Counted from the first letter of the stretch, positions 1-12,339 are shown. The stretch: 64,000 nucleotides of DNA from Diplonema japonicum (GCA_964019335.1 OZ025732.1:186001-250000); one strand, 5' to 3'. A program made the numbers and translations. The notes: a model not told the origin generated them from the sequence alone.

Positions 1-347
1 CAACAGCACTTCTTGAGCACAATGCTGATGTGAAGGCAAGGGACAATGAAGGGAACACGTGTCTGCACCACGCTGTTGAGAGATGTTGTTTCGAGGTAGT
101 TCCTGTTCTGCTGAGACACAATGCAGATGTGACGGCAAGGAACGATGAAGGGAAGACGGCTCTCGATCTTGTCTCCTCTGTTTATGATGATGATGGTGAC
201 GTGTGTAATGCGATGCGATACCTGTTGGAGGACCCGAGTCTCGCTCATGATCTGGAGCTGTTCGAAAGTGGGAGGGAGCTGAGCGTCAGCAGGCTTCCTG
301 TTGTTCAACTGATTTCAAGGAGTGCAGAGGTATTTAGTGACTGGTAG
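1..347 (+). CDS. C-terminal part of Ubl-ankyrin repeat protein (runs off window start)
   Basis: Ankyrin motifs (DNEGNTCLHHAV, NDEGKTALDL); near-identical to 21161-21510 apart from a 3-nt deletion. Confidence 0.85.
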   Translation, partial: TALLEHNADVKARDNEGNTCLHHAVERCCFEVVPVLLRHNADVTARNDEGKTALDLVSSVYDDDGDVCNAMRYLLEDPSLAHDLELFESGRELSVSRLPVVQLISRSAEVFSDW

Positions 348-453
348 CGTGAGTTCAGAAATACAGCATTCTGTAGCTGTAGATCGAGGCCGTGACCGCA
401 GATCACGATCGACAAATGCTGCTTACCGTCGGTGGACATTGCGAAGGGGGCTC

Positions 454-530
454 CTGAAATGATTTTAAGTTAGAAAAGAGAAGCGAAAAAATAGATAAAA
501 AGGGGTGGAAAAGGATAAATACTGCATACG
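454..530 (-). mobile_element. PLE family 1 3'-terminal fragment (diverged)
   Basis: Reverse complement reads cgtatgcagtatttat...ctaacttaaaatcatttcag, matching the element terminus at 10701. Confidence 0.75.
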
Positions 531-853
531 TGAGTGGTGATGGTTTTCTTTCTTTTTTTTTTTTTTTTTTTTTTTTTTTGCTTAAACAAATCTTTGAAAA
601 GAATTGTTATTGCAAAAAAGAGTAGAGGCAGCTTATCCGATTACCCCTACTGTAGGTGATAACTGCTTGCACAAACAAAAGCCCTTCTCTCTCAAAAGAA
701 TTACTGCACAGTAGTCTACTGTAAATAATTTCTTCAGTGTTTATCAAATATCATCCCCAGTCCAGTGTTTTGTTAATTTATATAGTTATTATTTTACATT
801 TCAGCACCCATAGTAGCCAACAGAAAGAAAAGAAAAAAAAAGAGAAAAAAAAA

Positions 854-1432
854 ATGAAAAGAAAGAGATCGGATGAAGGAATGAACGATATGACAGTGAA
901 GACGGGAGGCGGGGTTCACGATGTGGAAATGTTGGGAAAGGACCTGTACAAGAAATCGGGGTGTGTTGCTAGTTTAATCGTTGAAAGAAAGCAAGAAACA
1001 GACAAAACCATGAAAGGAAGCAAAGGACCATCGGCAGTGACGCTGCAGGCGAGGCTCCCCACCTCTGAGACCATCAGCATTGAGGCAGTGGCTTCGGAGG
1101 AGATGAAGAAGGTGAAGGAGAGGATCGCATCGATGGGAGGGTTGGATGTGGACTTCTTCACCCTCACCTTCGATGGGGAGGTGGTGACAGCGGCTTCTGA
1201 CGACGGCGGTGGACAGCTTGTCGGAGATCTTCCTTTTGTGGATGGAAGCATACTTGAAGTGGTGGTGAGCAAGAGGCAGGCGGCTCTGTCGAAGCTCTGT
1301 GAGATGGGGATCGAAGTGAAAGGAAAGGATTCGTTCGAGATATTTGAAAACTGTTCAGGTCTGCAGGACGACAAGATGTTCGAGGTTGTGAACCTTCTGG
1401 CATTTATCGAACACCGATGCCCGGAAGCCTAA
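854..1432 (+). pseudogene. Truncated Ubl-ankyrin paralog (leader plus Ubl domain only)
   Basis: MKRKRSDEG leader and AVTLQARLPTSET...GDLPF Ubl domain as in 41138-42436; breaks off before ankyrin repeats. Confidence 0.75.
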
Positions 1433-2199
1433 AGCGCCTTTCCGAAAGGTCTTAGCAAGTCGAAAAGGAAGTGGAATTTAAAAAAAAAAAAAAAAAAAAA
1501 AAGGTCAGTCCTGTTTCTTAGCCTGAAGACAGACCTATCCACCCACCACAGCAGCCAAACAATCGAAGCAGTGTGAAAGTAGACCCCCCCCCCCCCCCCC
1601 CGAATCAAACTTTTCCCCACCCCTTTTTAGAGCATGCAGCTTTCGTCTGTTAATTTGAATTTTATTTTTGCCTTTCTTAAGAAAAAATAAGCTATTTATT
1701 GCCATAATGAGTCATTATTTAACTCGAGTTCCCGAATTTTGCAGGGCCCTCGTGCAAAAAAACGGTAACGAGTGTTAAATAATGGCTCATTTGGCGGCAA
1801 GTAAGTCGTTTTATTTCACTTTTCGTCATTTGAGTCACTCACTCTTCACTGCTTTCACTGCTGTTTTTTTTTGTTTTAACAATATTATTGTCGAGACTAA
1901 AAACTAGTTGATGGCAGCGTAATGAGCTATTTTATTAGGTAAAATTCCGCTCGTGCGCACAAACAAATGGAGCGCCAAACTAGTTTTTCACGAAGGTCAG
2001 CTTTTTGGGGATTTTCCTAAGGTAATACAGGGTGGCTATTTCGCCGTGGCATTTAAAGGGGAAGTAAGGCACTTATTCCCACTTTTAAGGGCTGGAATGG
2101 CCTCAGATGGCCAAAAATAGTCAAAATACCCCCACCCCAAAAAGATTTTTCAAGGGGTTGGGTGCATTTTTTTCCACGACAAGACCCATTTTTTCACTC

Positions 2200-2540
2200 T
2201 GAAGGGCCATTATTTCACTCTGAAGGGCCATTATTTAACTGCAAAATCTCATTATTTAACTAGTTAAATAATGGCGATTTCGCGTTAAATAATGGCCGTT
2301 TCGCGTTAAATAATGAGGCCCCTAGTGAGTGAAGAAAATGACGAAGAGTGAAAAAAAAAAAAAAAGACTCTTGAACAGAAATATAAGTTTTCCAGACAGA
2401 GGGGACAGTGCGTAGGACAGGCTAGGTACCCCCTTAGAAAAGTGCCCCAAAAAAATGTCCGGAAAGATAAAATGTCCGGAAGAAAAAAATCACCGGATGT
2501 TTCGGCGGATCCGGATATTTTTATCTTCCGGTGGATTTTT
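2200..2540. repeat. Palindromic/tandem AT-rich repeats (MITE-like remnants)
   Basis: cattatttaactagttaaataatg palindrome, repeated gttaaataatgg units, tandem tttcactctgaagggccatta, and a TCCGGA-rich inverted repeat at ~2455-2540. Confidence 0.5.
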
Positions 2541-2569
2541 GTTTTACAGTAAAAAAAAAAAAAAAAGAA

Positions 2570-2787
2570 GATACTGAGGACCGGCACCCTCAGTAGCCCT
2601 TCAAAAAAAAAAAAAAAAAAAAAAAGAAAAAATGCCAAACAACCAGCAAAGCTTGTGGGAAGAGAACACCAGTACGGTCATGAGTACCCGGGCAACCGGG
2701 TGAGCGTCTCGAGACACTTCCAACCCACCGGCCTTAGCAAGTCGAAAAGGAAGTGGAATTTTAAAAAAAAAAAAAAAAAAAAAAAAA
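2570..2787 (+). mobile_element. Poly(A)-tailed SINE-like / LINE 3'UTR repeat
   Basis: Unit ending ccttagcaagtcgaaaaggaagtggaattt(A)n; further copies at ~1450-1502, 6142-6347, 7546-7575, 50878-51031. Confidence 0.65.
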
Positions 2788-2865
2788 GAATAGTGTAATT
2801 AAAAGAAGAAAAGAGAAGTCCCATTTCTTCTTCTTCGTTCTTTTTTCTATTAGTAACGTTGTTTG

Positions 2866-2944
2866 TTCGTATGCAGTATTTATTCTTTTCCACCCCTTTT
2901 TATCTATTTTTTCGCTTCTCTATTCTGACTTAAAATCATTTCAG
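2866..2944 (+). mobile_element. PLE family 1 3'-terminal fragment (diverged)
   Basis: ttcgtatgcagtatttattc...acttaaaatcatttcag. Confidence 0.75.
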
Positions 2945-3690
2945 TTCCCTCACCCCCTTCTTTCTTTCTTCACTTTTCTCTCATTGTTTCCCTTTTTCCC
3001 ATTCATCCCCTTCCGCAAACCTGAACTACCCGTTCAACTTCCCTTCCGTTCCTGTTTTTACTATTTTCTTTCTTATTAACTTTTCTGGAAAATAATCCTC
3101 GTGCATTCGTTGGTTTTCTCTGGAATATCCGCACCAGCACTAAAGAGAGGCCTTGTCTCCAGACGTTCCTGCCACCACGGACTACTCGTGTTGTAAGAAC
3201 AGGCTTTTACCCTCTGCTTACGATGCAGCGAACAAAGCGCTGTTCCCTCATGCATCTGGAGTCCCACTGACTCGGGAATCTCTTCTAAGTACTTTCTGGG
3301 GGTAGCCATGCCTTCCAAACACCCACAAGTACCCCCTCTAGCTCTCTCTTAGCCTCTTATCCCTCCCTGTTGCATTCTTGAAACAGCGTCTTCTCATTCT
3401 CCAAATTTTCACCGATTAAAAGAACGTAAAATAACATAAAATAACGCACCCAAAATTCGCCAAAATTGGGGTGGGCTTCGGATGTTAAGTTACCCATGTT
3501 CATGGTCTACAAAAATCATATTTCGTGTTTCTGGACGCCATCTCGACACCTGCGGGGGTATAGAGGACCTCGGCGTGCCCAGGCCAATTTTGCACTATTT
3601 AAATACCCGAACCGATTAAAATACCCGATTGGTATCGGTATAACGTGCAGGCTATGTTCTTCTTAATAAAATACTCTTCCCTTTTAAAGC

Positions 3691-4810
3691 CGGAGGAGGG
3701 GATGTTCCTCTTGCACTTCGAAGGTGTTGTCTTGGATAATGATGGGAAATCTAGCGGCGGTGGGAAGGAGCAGGAGATACAGCAGCTTGGGATGGGGCAG
3801 GGGAGCGAGCTTCTCTTGTGCGGTATTCATAATAAAACACTTGATGTCAGTCATGTGGAACTCTCGAGTCGAAAAGAGGAGATAGCAAGGCTTCTTGAGG
3901 AGAATCCTGAGCTTCCTCTTGCGGTGGATGTCACTGGTCTGGACTGTCTTGATGACAGGTCACAAGCAAGCTTCCCTCGAAGCTTCGGCACCTCAAGGTG
4001 TGGACCCTGGGCGACGGTGCGACCTCTATTGGGGACTCCTTTTTGTTTCGCTCCTCACTCGTCACCTTGGACCTGACGGCCTTGCAGGGTCTTCAGTCCG
4101 TTGGGTACTCTTTCCTCTGCGAGTGCAGATCCCTAACTACTGTGGATCTGTGTTCCCTCCGGAACCTCACAACTGTCGGACATACGTTCCTCGAAGGCTG
4201 TTCTTCATTGACTTCTGTTGATCTGAGTCTTTTGCAGAATGTTCAGTCCATTGGGGACTGTTTTCTCTTTTTTTGCACCTCTCTGAAGACTGTTGATCTG
4301 AGCCCCCTTCGCAATGTCACCACCATCGGCAGCTGTTTTCTTGCTGGCCTCAGGTCGTTGGCTTCTGTTGACCTGAGTCCCTTGCAGAATGTGACCAGGA
4401 TGAACCACTTTTGTTTCATGACTTGTTGTTCTTCTTTAAGATCTATCGATCTGGGCCCCCTGCACAACACCTTTACCCATACATCCCGGGTGGACTATAT
4501 TCTCAAGGGATGCAAAGCTCTAACGACTGTGGATCTGGGTCCTTTGCGGAACGTTCAGTCAGTTGGCGATGAATTTCTCCACAACTGCAAGTCTTTGGAA
4601 ACAATTGATCTGAGCCCCATTCGCAATGTCACCACCGTCGGCAGGTGTTTTCTTTCAGGGACCCCAGTGGAACACAGAGAGGATGTTGTGGAATTCCTCA
4701 GACTACGGGTACAGGAGCGCCCTGAGCAACCAACAAGACCAACAAGGTTCCGGAGCCCTCCTGTGAGGCAAGCAACCTGTAAAAGTAAAGAGTGTTGCAT
4801 CGTTTCCTGA
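3691..4810 (+). pseudogene. Ubl-LRR (BspA/TpLRR-like) protein with C-terminal CaaX, frameshifted and 5'-truncated
   Basis: Partial Ubl (FLLHFEGVVL...IQQLGMGQGSEL) in one frame, 25-aa LRRs (LTSVDLSPLQNVTxIGxxFLxxC) in another; ends KSKECCIVS*. Confidence 0.75.
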
Positions 4811-4942
4811 GGATGAGGTGTTGCATCGTTTCCTGAGGACTTCACGGGGCAGGAAGAAGGCATCACGGGCTACCGTCACCCACATCTAAAATAGTGGGAT
4901 TTAAAAAAAGAAAGTCCCACTTCTTCTTCATTCCTTTTTCTG

Positions 4943-5505
4943 GCAAATGCCCGGCGCACACGGACTACAGAACGGGCAATATCGACCGCAATTGGCTGGT
5001 GCTCAGCTGGCCAAGCTGCACCCGTCTACACGATTAGAACCTCTGATTTGGACATAAGCTTGAAGGAGCTACACTTATGTTTGCGGATATTGCGAGGAAA
5101 CTCGAGAGCCTGCACGCCGAAAAACAGGTCAGATATGATAATCTGCACTTCTGGAAAAGACCATTCCAACCGGGAAGCCTATTGGCAACGAAACCCCTCA
5201 TTTGGTACGGGCTGGGGAAGAAGTACTTCCCGGGGCTGATCCCGTTTGTCCTCAAGTGGCTGAGTGCTCTAAAATGGGGCAAGGATGGAGAGCAAGTGTC
5301 CAAAGCGAAGCTTGCTGTCGAGCAACGGAGAAGAATCGCATGGGTGGTGAAGACCTGGCATTGCATCCCAACAACTCTCTGATGAATAGATACCACGACA
5401 GGCTAAGGCACTACCACGACAGAAGGGATCAAACACTAGATGAGTTGATTGTCGTTAGGCGATCCTGTCACATACTCCCTGATATCGGATTATAACATAG
5501 CGTTC
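4943..5505 (+). mobile_element. Decayed non-LTR retrotransposon C-terminal fragment
   Basis: FVLKWLSALKW...VSKAKLAVE resembles VLRWMRQLRW...VSTVELALD of the 12400-15366 RT ORF; related piece at ~38555-38602. Confidence 0.5.
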
Positions 5506-5644
5506 AACTTCGGGTTTCCAGTGTTTTGTTATTAGTTACTACTTCTTCTCCATAACCAGCAACCAGTACGGTCATGAGTACCCGGGCAACCGGGTGAACG
5601 TCTCGAGACACTTCCGAGGAGCAAGAGGCAGGCGGCTCTGTTGA

Positions 5645-6347
5645 AACTGCTAAAGGTGGGATACACCGAGCAGCGAATTTGCGTGAAGTGCGGCCCCAAC
5701 ACGAAGCGAACCCTCCAACATCTCTTCCTAGACTGTCCGTCATCCAAAGCAAGCAGGGACAAACACTTCGACACCCTGACGCTGAGACACATCCTTGTGG
5801 AGAACCCACGAAAAGCAATCCAATATCTCAAAGACACCGGGGACCTGCCCCCCTCCGCAACAACTCCACAACAACCATTAACCTGCCGAAGTAGCATGCC
5901 AATCAGAAGGCGGCTGAGGCACTTATGATTCATTCAGAATCCCGAGAACCCATCCCAGATCCCCAAGAGTGTACGATCCTGTTTCTCGCAGAAACAGAGA
6001 ACATTTCAACCCCCCACAGCAGCCGACGAATCCGACGCAGCAGTGAAAATAAAAAGAAAGAAAGCCCCCCTGAACAAGTTCCCCACCCCTATAGCGTGAT
6101 TTACAACAAAAAAAAAAAAAAAAAAAAAAGAAGAAAAGAAAAGGATACTGAAGTCCGGCACCCGCAGTAACCAAAAAAAAAGAAAAGTGTAAAGTGCCAA
6201 ACAACCAGCAAAGCTTGTGGAATGAGAACACCACGGTCATGAGTACCCGGGCAACCGGGTGAGCGTCTCGAGGCACTTCCAACCCACCTAGTGGGTGCGG
6301 CCTTAGCAAGTCGAAAAGGAAGTAGAATTTAAAAAAAAAAAAAAAAA
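5645..6347 (+). mobile_element. 3' end of ingi/L1Tc (I-group)-like LINE with CCHC finger and A-rich tail
   Basis: CVKC...TLQHLFLDCP zinc knuckle; longer copy with ISQLKTGH at 37590-37990; UTR copies at ~19315-19690 and ~36785-37165. Confidence 0.7.
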
Positions 6348-6857
6348 CTCTCTGAGATGGGGATCGAACTTGTACGGAGTCTTACGTGTTAGCTTAGGTG
6401 ATGGCTTTTCAGATGGACTCTTTAGGTAGAATTTACGGAAGGAACGTATTAATAGAAGACGACAAGGCCTGTGAGGTTGTGAACCTTCTCCTGGATGCTG
6501 GGGTGAGTGGTGGGGAGGCATTTCACTATGTGATCGAGCACAACCTTCCTTCTTGTGTGGAGGTCCTCTTGATTCGCACTTCTGTGGACGTGAATTCGAA
6601 GGTAGATCTTCCTATCGGGTCATCCGTTTATAATGCAGAACGCAAACTGTTACGGTGTTCCTGTCATTCACCATGCAGCATGTAAGGGAGCATCCTGGGA
6701 GCACTCTTTCTGTACTTCTGGAACACAACGCAGATGGGAATGCGAGAGACATGGAAGGAAGGACGGCTCTTCATGGCTTCCGTGTCCGCCCCTCTGCTGT
6801 ACACCTTCTTCTTGAACACAAGGCAGACATCGAGGCGAAGGACAAGGAGGGAAGAAT
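6347..6857 (+). pseudogene. Ubl-ankyrin family internal fragment
   Basis: EVVNLLLDAGVSGG and HNADGNARDMEGRTALH with frameshifts. Confidence 0.75.
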
Positions 6858-6995
6858 ATCGGGCCCCGTCCCCTCCGTCCACGCCTGTATAGGACAATAA
6901 TTCATCATTGGCATCAGAGAGAGTAATACAATCGTCGCTATCAACAACCCACAAACGCCACTACCCACACCTCCACCACTACCACTACCGCCTTA

Positions 6996-7276
6996 AAGGA
7001 TCACTACTCCATGGCGACTGACTGGCTGTTCTTCACCGCGCTGCAGTGGCACAACGTTAGGCAGCGCCATCCCCCGAAGAACACGAAGACCTTACGCAAG
7101 TAAGAGTGCTGGCCCGGCGAGCTACGAGGGCAAAAACCTCCTTTTCTTCTAGAAGATGAGAAATATATTATAGTGCGACTGGAACGGCCGCCCCGGGGCA
7201 TCCTCTGCTCAACCCGGCGGACGTGGGAGGCCCTTCTTCGGAAGGTGCCCGTCGCTTGATCAGTGCCGTCGAATGC
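6996..7276 (+). mobile_element. PLE family 2 3'-terminal fragment
   Basis: Near-identical to ~29746-30039 (ORF end plus structured 3'UTR). Confidence 0.8.
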
Positions 7277-7792
7277 TTTCCCCGCCAACGCAAAGACAAG
7301 GGTACACACCCTTGACATCTTGGGGGCCCGACGGCACAGCCACCGCAGGCACCAGACAGCAACCGCAGAACGGTGACCGATTAGTGTGCATTTCTCCCTG
7401 AACGGTGAGCACCCACCCGCACACCGAAATTTATCAAATTTTATATTTTTTGGATTCCATTCTCACCTCCATTTTCGTTTTTATTTTTGATTCAGATAAT
7501 TGACATTTCTGTCTTCATCCCCTTTAGCTTCTCGCCCCCCCCACCCTTAGCAAGTCGAAAAGAAGTGGAATTTAAGAGATGAGATAAAGGAGGTTCCTGT
7601 TTTGGAACGTCCCCCTTGTCTCTACTTATCTACCCCTTTCTCCCTTCTGGGACTCGGCCTTTCTTTCTTTTTAGAAAAAAGTGTTTTGTTATTTTCATTT
7701 GCCGAATTCTTTTTCCTCGCTTTTAATGTCAACATGCCCAACTTTATATCAACAAACAACACAGGATATTGAAAGAATACAAGACAAGCGAC

Positions 7793-10700
7793 CATGAGGA
7801 CCATCGGCAGTGACGCTGCAGGCGAGGCTCCCCACCTCTGAGACCATCAGAGGTCTTCCGTGCGGGCATGAAAGAAAGCCCCTGCTTGATCGTTGGTCCC
7901 TTGAAACGAAGTCTCAGCGGCCACTGGTTCATCGCTCTCAGGAAGAAGGGAAGGTACATGGTCAAAGACACCGACGTACGGCTAAGGCTCCAGAGCTTCA
8001 AACACATCTGCGCGACATACTCCGAACACAACATCCTCTGCATCCCAGACGATGTGTGGGCCAGGACAACCCCAGGCAGGAAACACAACACACGTGTTCT
8101 AGACCCTGAGGCTGAGTTTCGCCAGTTTGAGCCGGTCATCACCCCGGCGGGACCCCAGGTAAGCGACTCGAGCGCGCGAAAGACTGAGACCGCTCTCAAC
8201 ACCCCGGAAGATCGCACCCTCCTAACTTATGTCACCCTAGCTGCAGCTATAGCTACATATGCCGCACGCACCCGACGGCTCGACACAGGAGTCGCCGCAT
8301 CAGGTGTGGATGCGCACACCGCTCACTTCGGGCGGCCCGTCGCCACCGCCATCATAGCCCTAGCTGCCGCCGTGGCCGCGCGAGCCGTGCACACCGGATG
8401 CTCTGTCACCACCACGTCTACGGCAAGCCAGACTAACGTGGTCGGAACTGTCCCGCTCTTCCTGAAGGTCTCGAGTCTGCACAAGTCTACACCACAGACA
8501 GCAGTCGCAACCTGTCAGACGGACCGTGTCACAGCACCTGTACTGTTCTCGATATCATCGACGCTCCAGACGGATCCTCCCAGCAGTAGACTGCCCCCGA
8601 TGGACGCCGGACTGGGGTCGCCCTCGGCCGCGGCGGTCAGACTTACGAAGTCTGTCGAAATTCCGACGCCCCGCGCGACCCTGTCGAGGCGGCCGGTTAC
8701 TGAGCCTCGGTTGACACCATGCCTTCCACCGCCAACGGACGTGTCATCCACCCAGCTCGCGGCCTGCACTCAGTCCACCCGTCGGGACACCGGACACGGG
8801 AGTGACACACCGATGCCGTCGTCTACCATGGGACACGCGACACTCCAACCAGTGGTCGGCTCCCAGATTGTGACAACGTCGGCTGTGGAGTCATCGCTCG
8901 CCCGAGCCGTGACAACGCCCGTTCTGGCAGACGCCCCCCTCGGCGCCCGCCAGGTACAGCTCACTCCTTGCATCCAGTCCGTCCATGAGAACATCGGACT
9001 CGGGATGGATACGCCGATGGTCTTCAACCGGTGGTCAACGCCCAGAGAGACACGACGTTGACCCTGGAGCCGCCCGTGGCCCGAGCCGAGGCAGACGCTC
9101 CCCTAGACCCTCACCAGGCGGATGGTGGTTTAGAAATGATCGACCTCACGCAGGACTCCCCGGACAGACCCTCGCGCAAGAAGAAGCACGACGGCACTGC
9201 TTACGAGCACGAAAGCCGTCGTGGTAAGAGTTCCTCCACAGGCGATGGGGATCTTCTCATCCTGCGCGAGCAGTCACAGGGTTTTGATCAGGAAGCCCTC
9301 AACCGAAGGGCCCTCCAGAGACGGATGGATCGATACCTCAGTCTCTTGGTTTACTTCCGGCGACACCCGGAGCTCTTGGACGAACACCAGCGTCAGCTCC
9401 TGTCGGTCGGTCCCCTCCCGATGCACCTGGACACCTCTCCACATCAACTGCTGCTCGAGGCCCGTGACACGGATAGAACTGCCGACCAACAGGCAACCGT
9501 CGCCAACCAGGAACAGCTTCTTCTGATTGCGCACAAGGCGTTGCCTACCACCGAACGTCTTCGGTTGTCTCACGAATGGCACTCGGGGCTGAACACCGCG
9601 GTACAGCAACAGTGGTGGTCGGAGTTCTTCGCCCAAGGCGGCTGGAAACACCCACTCTTCGGTTCCGAGGCCCCAAGAGGTGACGAGACTAGGACTCCAG
9701 GGAGGACCCCTCTCCTGCTCACCTACAACGGGGAGAGGAACAAACGCCCGGAACCCGAAGACGGCCCCGCCCTTCCCGCGGCCAAACGGGATCTCGCCGC
9801 GACGAGGCCGAACACCAGAGTCACTGGACTTGTCGCCCTTAAGAGGCTCACCAGGGAAGCAGACGTCGACGGCCCTGAGGACCTGGATGAGCTTCGACAC
9901 CTGGGCTTCCTTTCCCAGGGCGAGGCCGTCTTTGACCTCAGCTGCATGTCCAGGGCTTGCACACACTTCCTGGGTGAGACCCCCATGGTCACGGTCCCCC
10001 TCGACACACGCGTCGCGATCCCGTGTCTGCTGGTCTGTTATGACTCGACGTGGCTCTACGCTTCCCGCCAGGGACAGGGCTTTCGGTTGCAGACCCAAGG
10101 GTTCAAGGACAAGTCGTATCCGACTGTGGCAGCCCTACTCGCTGACTTCGTGGGGGCAGGGACCCTCTACTACAGCGAGTCACAGTGGTCGACTGTGCTG
10201 AACTCCTACAACTAGGAACTACTGGAGACGACCCTACGCAATGTAGGAGTGCCGGCCCGGCGTGCTACGAGGGCGATAGGCTATGCAGGGTCTCACAGAC
10301 CTCGCACCCTATGATTTTAGTTTCCACCTTTTCCTTTTCCACTTCTTGACTCTTAACTTCCCTTCTGCTTTCCCAACATGGTTTCCGTCCCGGGTATGAC
10401 GTTAAACTGCGTCCGCCGACACATTTGGGTCAACATTCTCTGATGACCAAGCCGTCTTTTTCCGTTTCTTCTCCCCTTCTCTTTGTTATGTTATTTTCAT
10501 TATTCTTTCTGGCGATAGACTGATACGGGCCATGGAAGCAACCTCTGCTTAATTCCTGGTACGTGGGAGGCTCCTCTTGAGGATGTCAGTCACCTTTTCC
10601 CTTTTTTACTCGACTCTCTGTTTTCGTATGCAGTATTTATTCTTTCCCACCCCTTTTTATCTATTTCTTCGCTTCTTCATCCTAACTTAAAACCATTTCA

Positions 10701-11317
10701 GCCACCTCTGAGACCATCAGCATTGAGGCAGTGGCTTCGGAGGAGATGATGAAGGTGAAGGAGAGGATCGCATCGATGGGAGGGTTGGATGTGGACATCT
10801 TCACCCTCACCTTCGATGGGGAGGTGGTGGCGGCAGCTGCTGACGACAGCGGTGGACAGCTCGTCTGAGATCTTCCTTTTGAGGATGGAAGCATGCTTGA
10901 AGTGGTGGTGTGCAAGAGGCAGGCGGCTCTGTTGAAACGAGGGAAGAACACCCCTTTTTTTTACTAATAGTTTAAAGGTAGCGGAAGCACTTCTTGAGCA
11001 CAATGCTGATGTGAAGGCAAGGGACAATGAAGGAAACACGTGTCTGCACTACGCTGTTGAAAGAGGTTGGTTCGAAGTGTTGCCTGTTCTGCTGAGACAC
11101 AATGCAGATGTGACGGCAAGGAACGATGAAGGGAAGACGCCTCTCGATCTTGTCCCCTCTGTGTGATGAGGACATTACCAAAGCGATGCGATACCTGTTG
11201 GAGGACCCGAGTCTCGCTCATGATCTGGAGCTGTTCGAAAGTGGGAGGGAGCTGAGCGACGTCAGCAGGCTTTCTGTTGTTCAACTGATTTCAAAGTGTA
11301 TTAACATGAGTTGGTGA
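7793..11317 (+). pseudogene. Ubl-ankyrin paralog disrupted by PLE insertion, with stop and internal deletion
   Basis: Ubl sequence stops at 7850 and resumes at 10702; in-frame TGA near 10866; ankyrin tail 10938-11293. Confidence 0.8.
7851..10701 (+). mobile_element. 5'-truncated PLE family 1 insertion with 19-bp TSD
   Basis: ccacctctgagaccatcag at 7832-7850 and 10702-10720; interior matches 26995-28782 and supplies the natural ORF end (stop at 10215) and 3'UTR. Confidence 0.92.
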
Positions 11318-11569
11318 TCACTCCACACATGCCTGATTTCAAGGAGTATTCCCCGTGAGCGCCACAAAAGCCTGTGGGAAACGAAGCAACCCCTCATACG
11401 TGTGAGGGCACAGGTCTTAGAAGCGTCCCAAGAGCAACAAAGCGACTCATTTACGAGTTAGATTTAAAAAAAAAAAAAAAAAAAAAAAAAGCCATTCTGA
11501 TTTCAAGGTATACTAGCGACACACGTGTCGCGTTGCGATCACTCCACATGTTTCGTCATCAGCGGCCAT

Positions 11570-12097
11570 TCATCGAACACTTCCGCGTGCCCAGAAACTA
11601 CCCCCCCCAGCGGTGGCGTTGTTTCTGAAGAAGCTCCCTGTGTCCCTCTTGGGTGCGTCCCTCGTAAGGTACCCGAAACTGGACGCACTTGAAGCTGCCC
11701 ATGTGTACTCGATGATGGAAGAGACAGGAAGTGTCTCGGGTGTCCCTTCGGACTTCTTTGCGCTGGTGTATGCTTTGATCTGGCGGTTCATGATATCCCT
11801 CCCCAGGGAGTCAGTGATGGCGTAGAATCGCTGAGTCTTCATGCACGCCAGCACTTCTGTGTGGGTGAACTGTTTTAGCTTGCAGGACTCGGGCCTCCAT
11901 GTTCCGTTTGAGATCTTCCCTGGGTATATCTCCCGCATGGCCGTGCACGGTCTGTCCTGCCCTGATGGCGGAGTGGGTTGTACCCCCACCCCGCTGGTGG
12001 TCTTGGAGTCTTGGTCCGCCCCCTTCACCCCGTCCCATATGTACCCGCACATTACAATAGTGATGATAGCGATCAAGGTTTTGGTACCGAGCCGCAT
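11570..12097 (-). pseudogene. Signal-anchored PC-esterase/TBL (SGNH-like) protein, 3'-truncated
   Basis: N-terminal hydrophobic anchor; WRPESCKLKQFT...ACMKTQRFYAITDSLGR matches the WxPxxCxL...GDSxxR PC-esterase start; runs into repeat DNA. Confidence 0.6.
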
Positions 12098-12187
12098 TTT
12101 CTTTTTTTTTTTTCTCCCCGCTCCTCCTGAAAAAAAGGTTTTCTTTTTTTTTTCTTTTTAACCATTAAGCCCACAGGATAATAACCG

Positions 12188-12218
<31 letters not shown>

Positions 12219-12339
12219 TCAACTTCCTAAAGAAAAGAATTCAAAAAAAGAAATGGCGAAGAAGTGACATTCAGGCCCTGAGCTGGCTTTTAACCTTATG
12301 ATCTTTTGACCCAATACCCTGTTGTAAGGGGGAAAAAAA

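Noticed and set aside
10390-10450. SECIS element as in selenoprotein-encoding Naiad PLEs
   Set aside because: ATGA-to-AA spacing is wrong and the PLE ORF has no in-frame TGA
10438-10470. Hammerhead in PLE UTR (CTGATGA)
   Set aside because: No GAAA or stems II/III follow; CTGATGA lies in a simple hairpin
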